From sequence record KC801932: a stretch of 64,000 bases of DNA. One strand, written 5' to 3'. Below the pieces are notes generated by a model, which saw only the letters and a list, made by a program, of their open reading frames with translations, made no database searches and was not told where the DNA came from. The position numbers and the translations under genes are program-made. Position 1 is the first letter of the stretch. Every line of letters starts with the position of its first letter. Of this stretch, positions 62,994 through 64,000 are shown in pieces. Source of the stretch: Escherichia phage Lw1.

Positions 62994-63523
62994 TTTGTGG
63001 CCTTATACATTTCAATTACGCGTTTCATGTGCTCTTGTGATTGAGGCACACCAGCGAAGTTCAATTTAATGAAGAATTCAAGACGATCCTTTTTGGTGCA
63101 TTCATCCAGCCCCAGGGCAGGTAATGACAAGTTTTCAAAGGCTCGTTGTTCATGTCGTTGCATATCATCCCAGAACAGACGGGAACCATCCGGCATAGGA
63201 ATCCCAATCTCACCCTCATAGACTTTGATGATAGTCGTCAGGCGTTGTTTCCCGTCGATTACTTCTACCCAATGGGATTCATTGAATTCACTATCAACGG
63301 CAATCGCGATAATACCACATGGGAAACCAGTGATCAACGTAGTCAGGAATTCATCTTGTTCTTTCTGCGTCCACACGTAGGGGCGCTGATACGATGGATT
63401 CAGATCCAGATCCTTATTTTTCCACCAGTGAATATAACTTCCAACCATGATCGCATGTTCACGACTTTTGAAAGTTATCCGTTCACGAATTCGGTTACGG
63501 GCTGGGATATCATCTTTAGACAT
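62990..63523 (-). CDS. DUF262 / ParB-like nuclease domain protein (177 aa)
   Basis: VIDGKQRLTTI (DGQQR-type motif) and upstream QRPYVW block. Confidence 0.5.
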   Translation of the reverse strand: MSKDDIPARNRIRERITFKSREHAIMVGSYIHWWKNKDLDLNPSYQRPYVWTQKEQDEFLTTLITGFPCGIIAIAVDSEFNESHWVEVIDGKQRLTTIIKVYEGEIGIPMPDGSRLFWDDMQRHEQRAFENLSLPALGLDECTKKDRLEFFIKLNFAGVPQSQEHMKRVIEMYKATK

Positions 63524-63845
63524 TATGGATCACCCACAGCAATAAACAAGAATTGATAACCGCGAAAGTGGTACAAATTGCAGCAAAAACACGCGCATTA
63601 TGAACATCAGTTTTCAGTTCTGCGATCTCTTGATCCTTTTCGCTTTCGAATTCGTCGCGGGTTCCATAGTAACCAGGATCAGCAGGGGTAGCAATACGCA
63701 CAGCATCTTTTTCTACAATAGTCGCATAACCATTGTTTACATTTGTTGCACCGTACCAATCACCACGGTCATTGTTAATGATCAGGTGTTGTCCCTTTTC
63801 ATTGTGCTTTGCTTCACCAGTGACAACTACACGTTTACCGTTCAT
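63516..63845 (-). CDS. Hypothetical protein with C-terminal TM anchor (109 aa)
   Basis: ORF; C-terminal hydrophobic helix. Confidence 0.35.
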   Translation of the reverse strand: MNGKRVVVTGEAKHNEKGQHLIINNDRGDWYGATNVNNGYATIVEKDAVRIATPADPGYYGTRDEFESEKDQEIAELKTDVHNARVFAAICTTFAVINSCLLLWVIHNV

Positions 63846-63848
63846 AAT

Positions 63849-64000
63849 TTATTCCTTCACATGTTGTAACAGGAAGTCTAACAGCTTTCCTTCCTCTTGC
63901 ATAGCATAAACTTTATTAAGTTTTGCGATGTTTTGAAAATCAGTGGTGTCGGCATATTCCCAGACACCATCATCAGAAACAATAGCACCCACTGATAAAC
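63849..64000 (-). CDS. Hypothetical protein, C-terminal fragment (gene starts beyond window end)
   Basis: Open minus-strand frame running into window end, stop at 63849-63851. Confidence 0.3.
   Translation of the reverse strand, partial: LSVGAIVSDDGVWEYADTTDFQNIAKLNKVYAMQEEGKLLDFLLQHVKE

Overview
This window reads as a T4-type myovirus (Straboviridae-like) genome segment, but not T4 itself: it is about 10 points richer in GC by eye, td and nrdB are uninterrupted, and no alpha-glucosyltransferase gene sits between 55 and 47. All calls are from reading the ORF translations and DNA by eye against remembered T4 proteins and domain motifs; no searches or folding programs were run. Nt 1-25,000 (+ strand) is a conserved early/replication block: gp55 (3' part), gp47/gp46 recombination nuclease, frd, td, nrdA, nrdB, DenA-like endonuclease, RNA ligase 1, a spanin pair, polynucleotide kinase, dCMP deaminase, gp31, an rIII-like ORF, one tRNA (anticodon CAU) and DNA ligase. 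Nt 25,000-32,500 is a baseplate hub block (gp28-29-48-54-51-26-25 on +, a possible gp27 divergent). Nt 32,500-64,000 is a minus-strand accessory island of more than 60 mostly small ORFs, many joined by ATGA overlaps. Recognisable island genes are a Dcm-type C5 cytosine methyltransferase, a nucleotidyltransferase-fold protein, a 739-aa vWA-domain protein, NMNAT-Nudix (NatV-like), a macro domain protein, an SPFH protein, thymidine kinase, PIN-PhoH, an M15 peptidase, a lytic transglycosylase, a radical-SAM-like protein, a DUF262/ParB-like protein and a GIY-YIG homing endonuclease. The most striking non-coding signal is a repeated promoter cassette (at least 7 copies): a sigma70-like -35/-10 pair with a GC hairpin in the spacer and a near-identical transcribed leader, each driving a small ORF. 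I could not pin down a single obviously novel multi-gene system; the best candidates are the vWA module flanked by two paralogs with an identical N-terminus, the methyltransferase-nucleotidyltransferase operon, and the radical-SAM-like gene.
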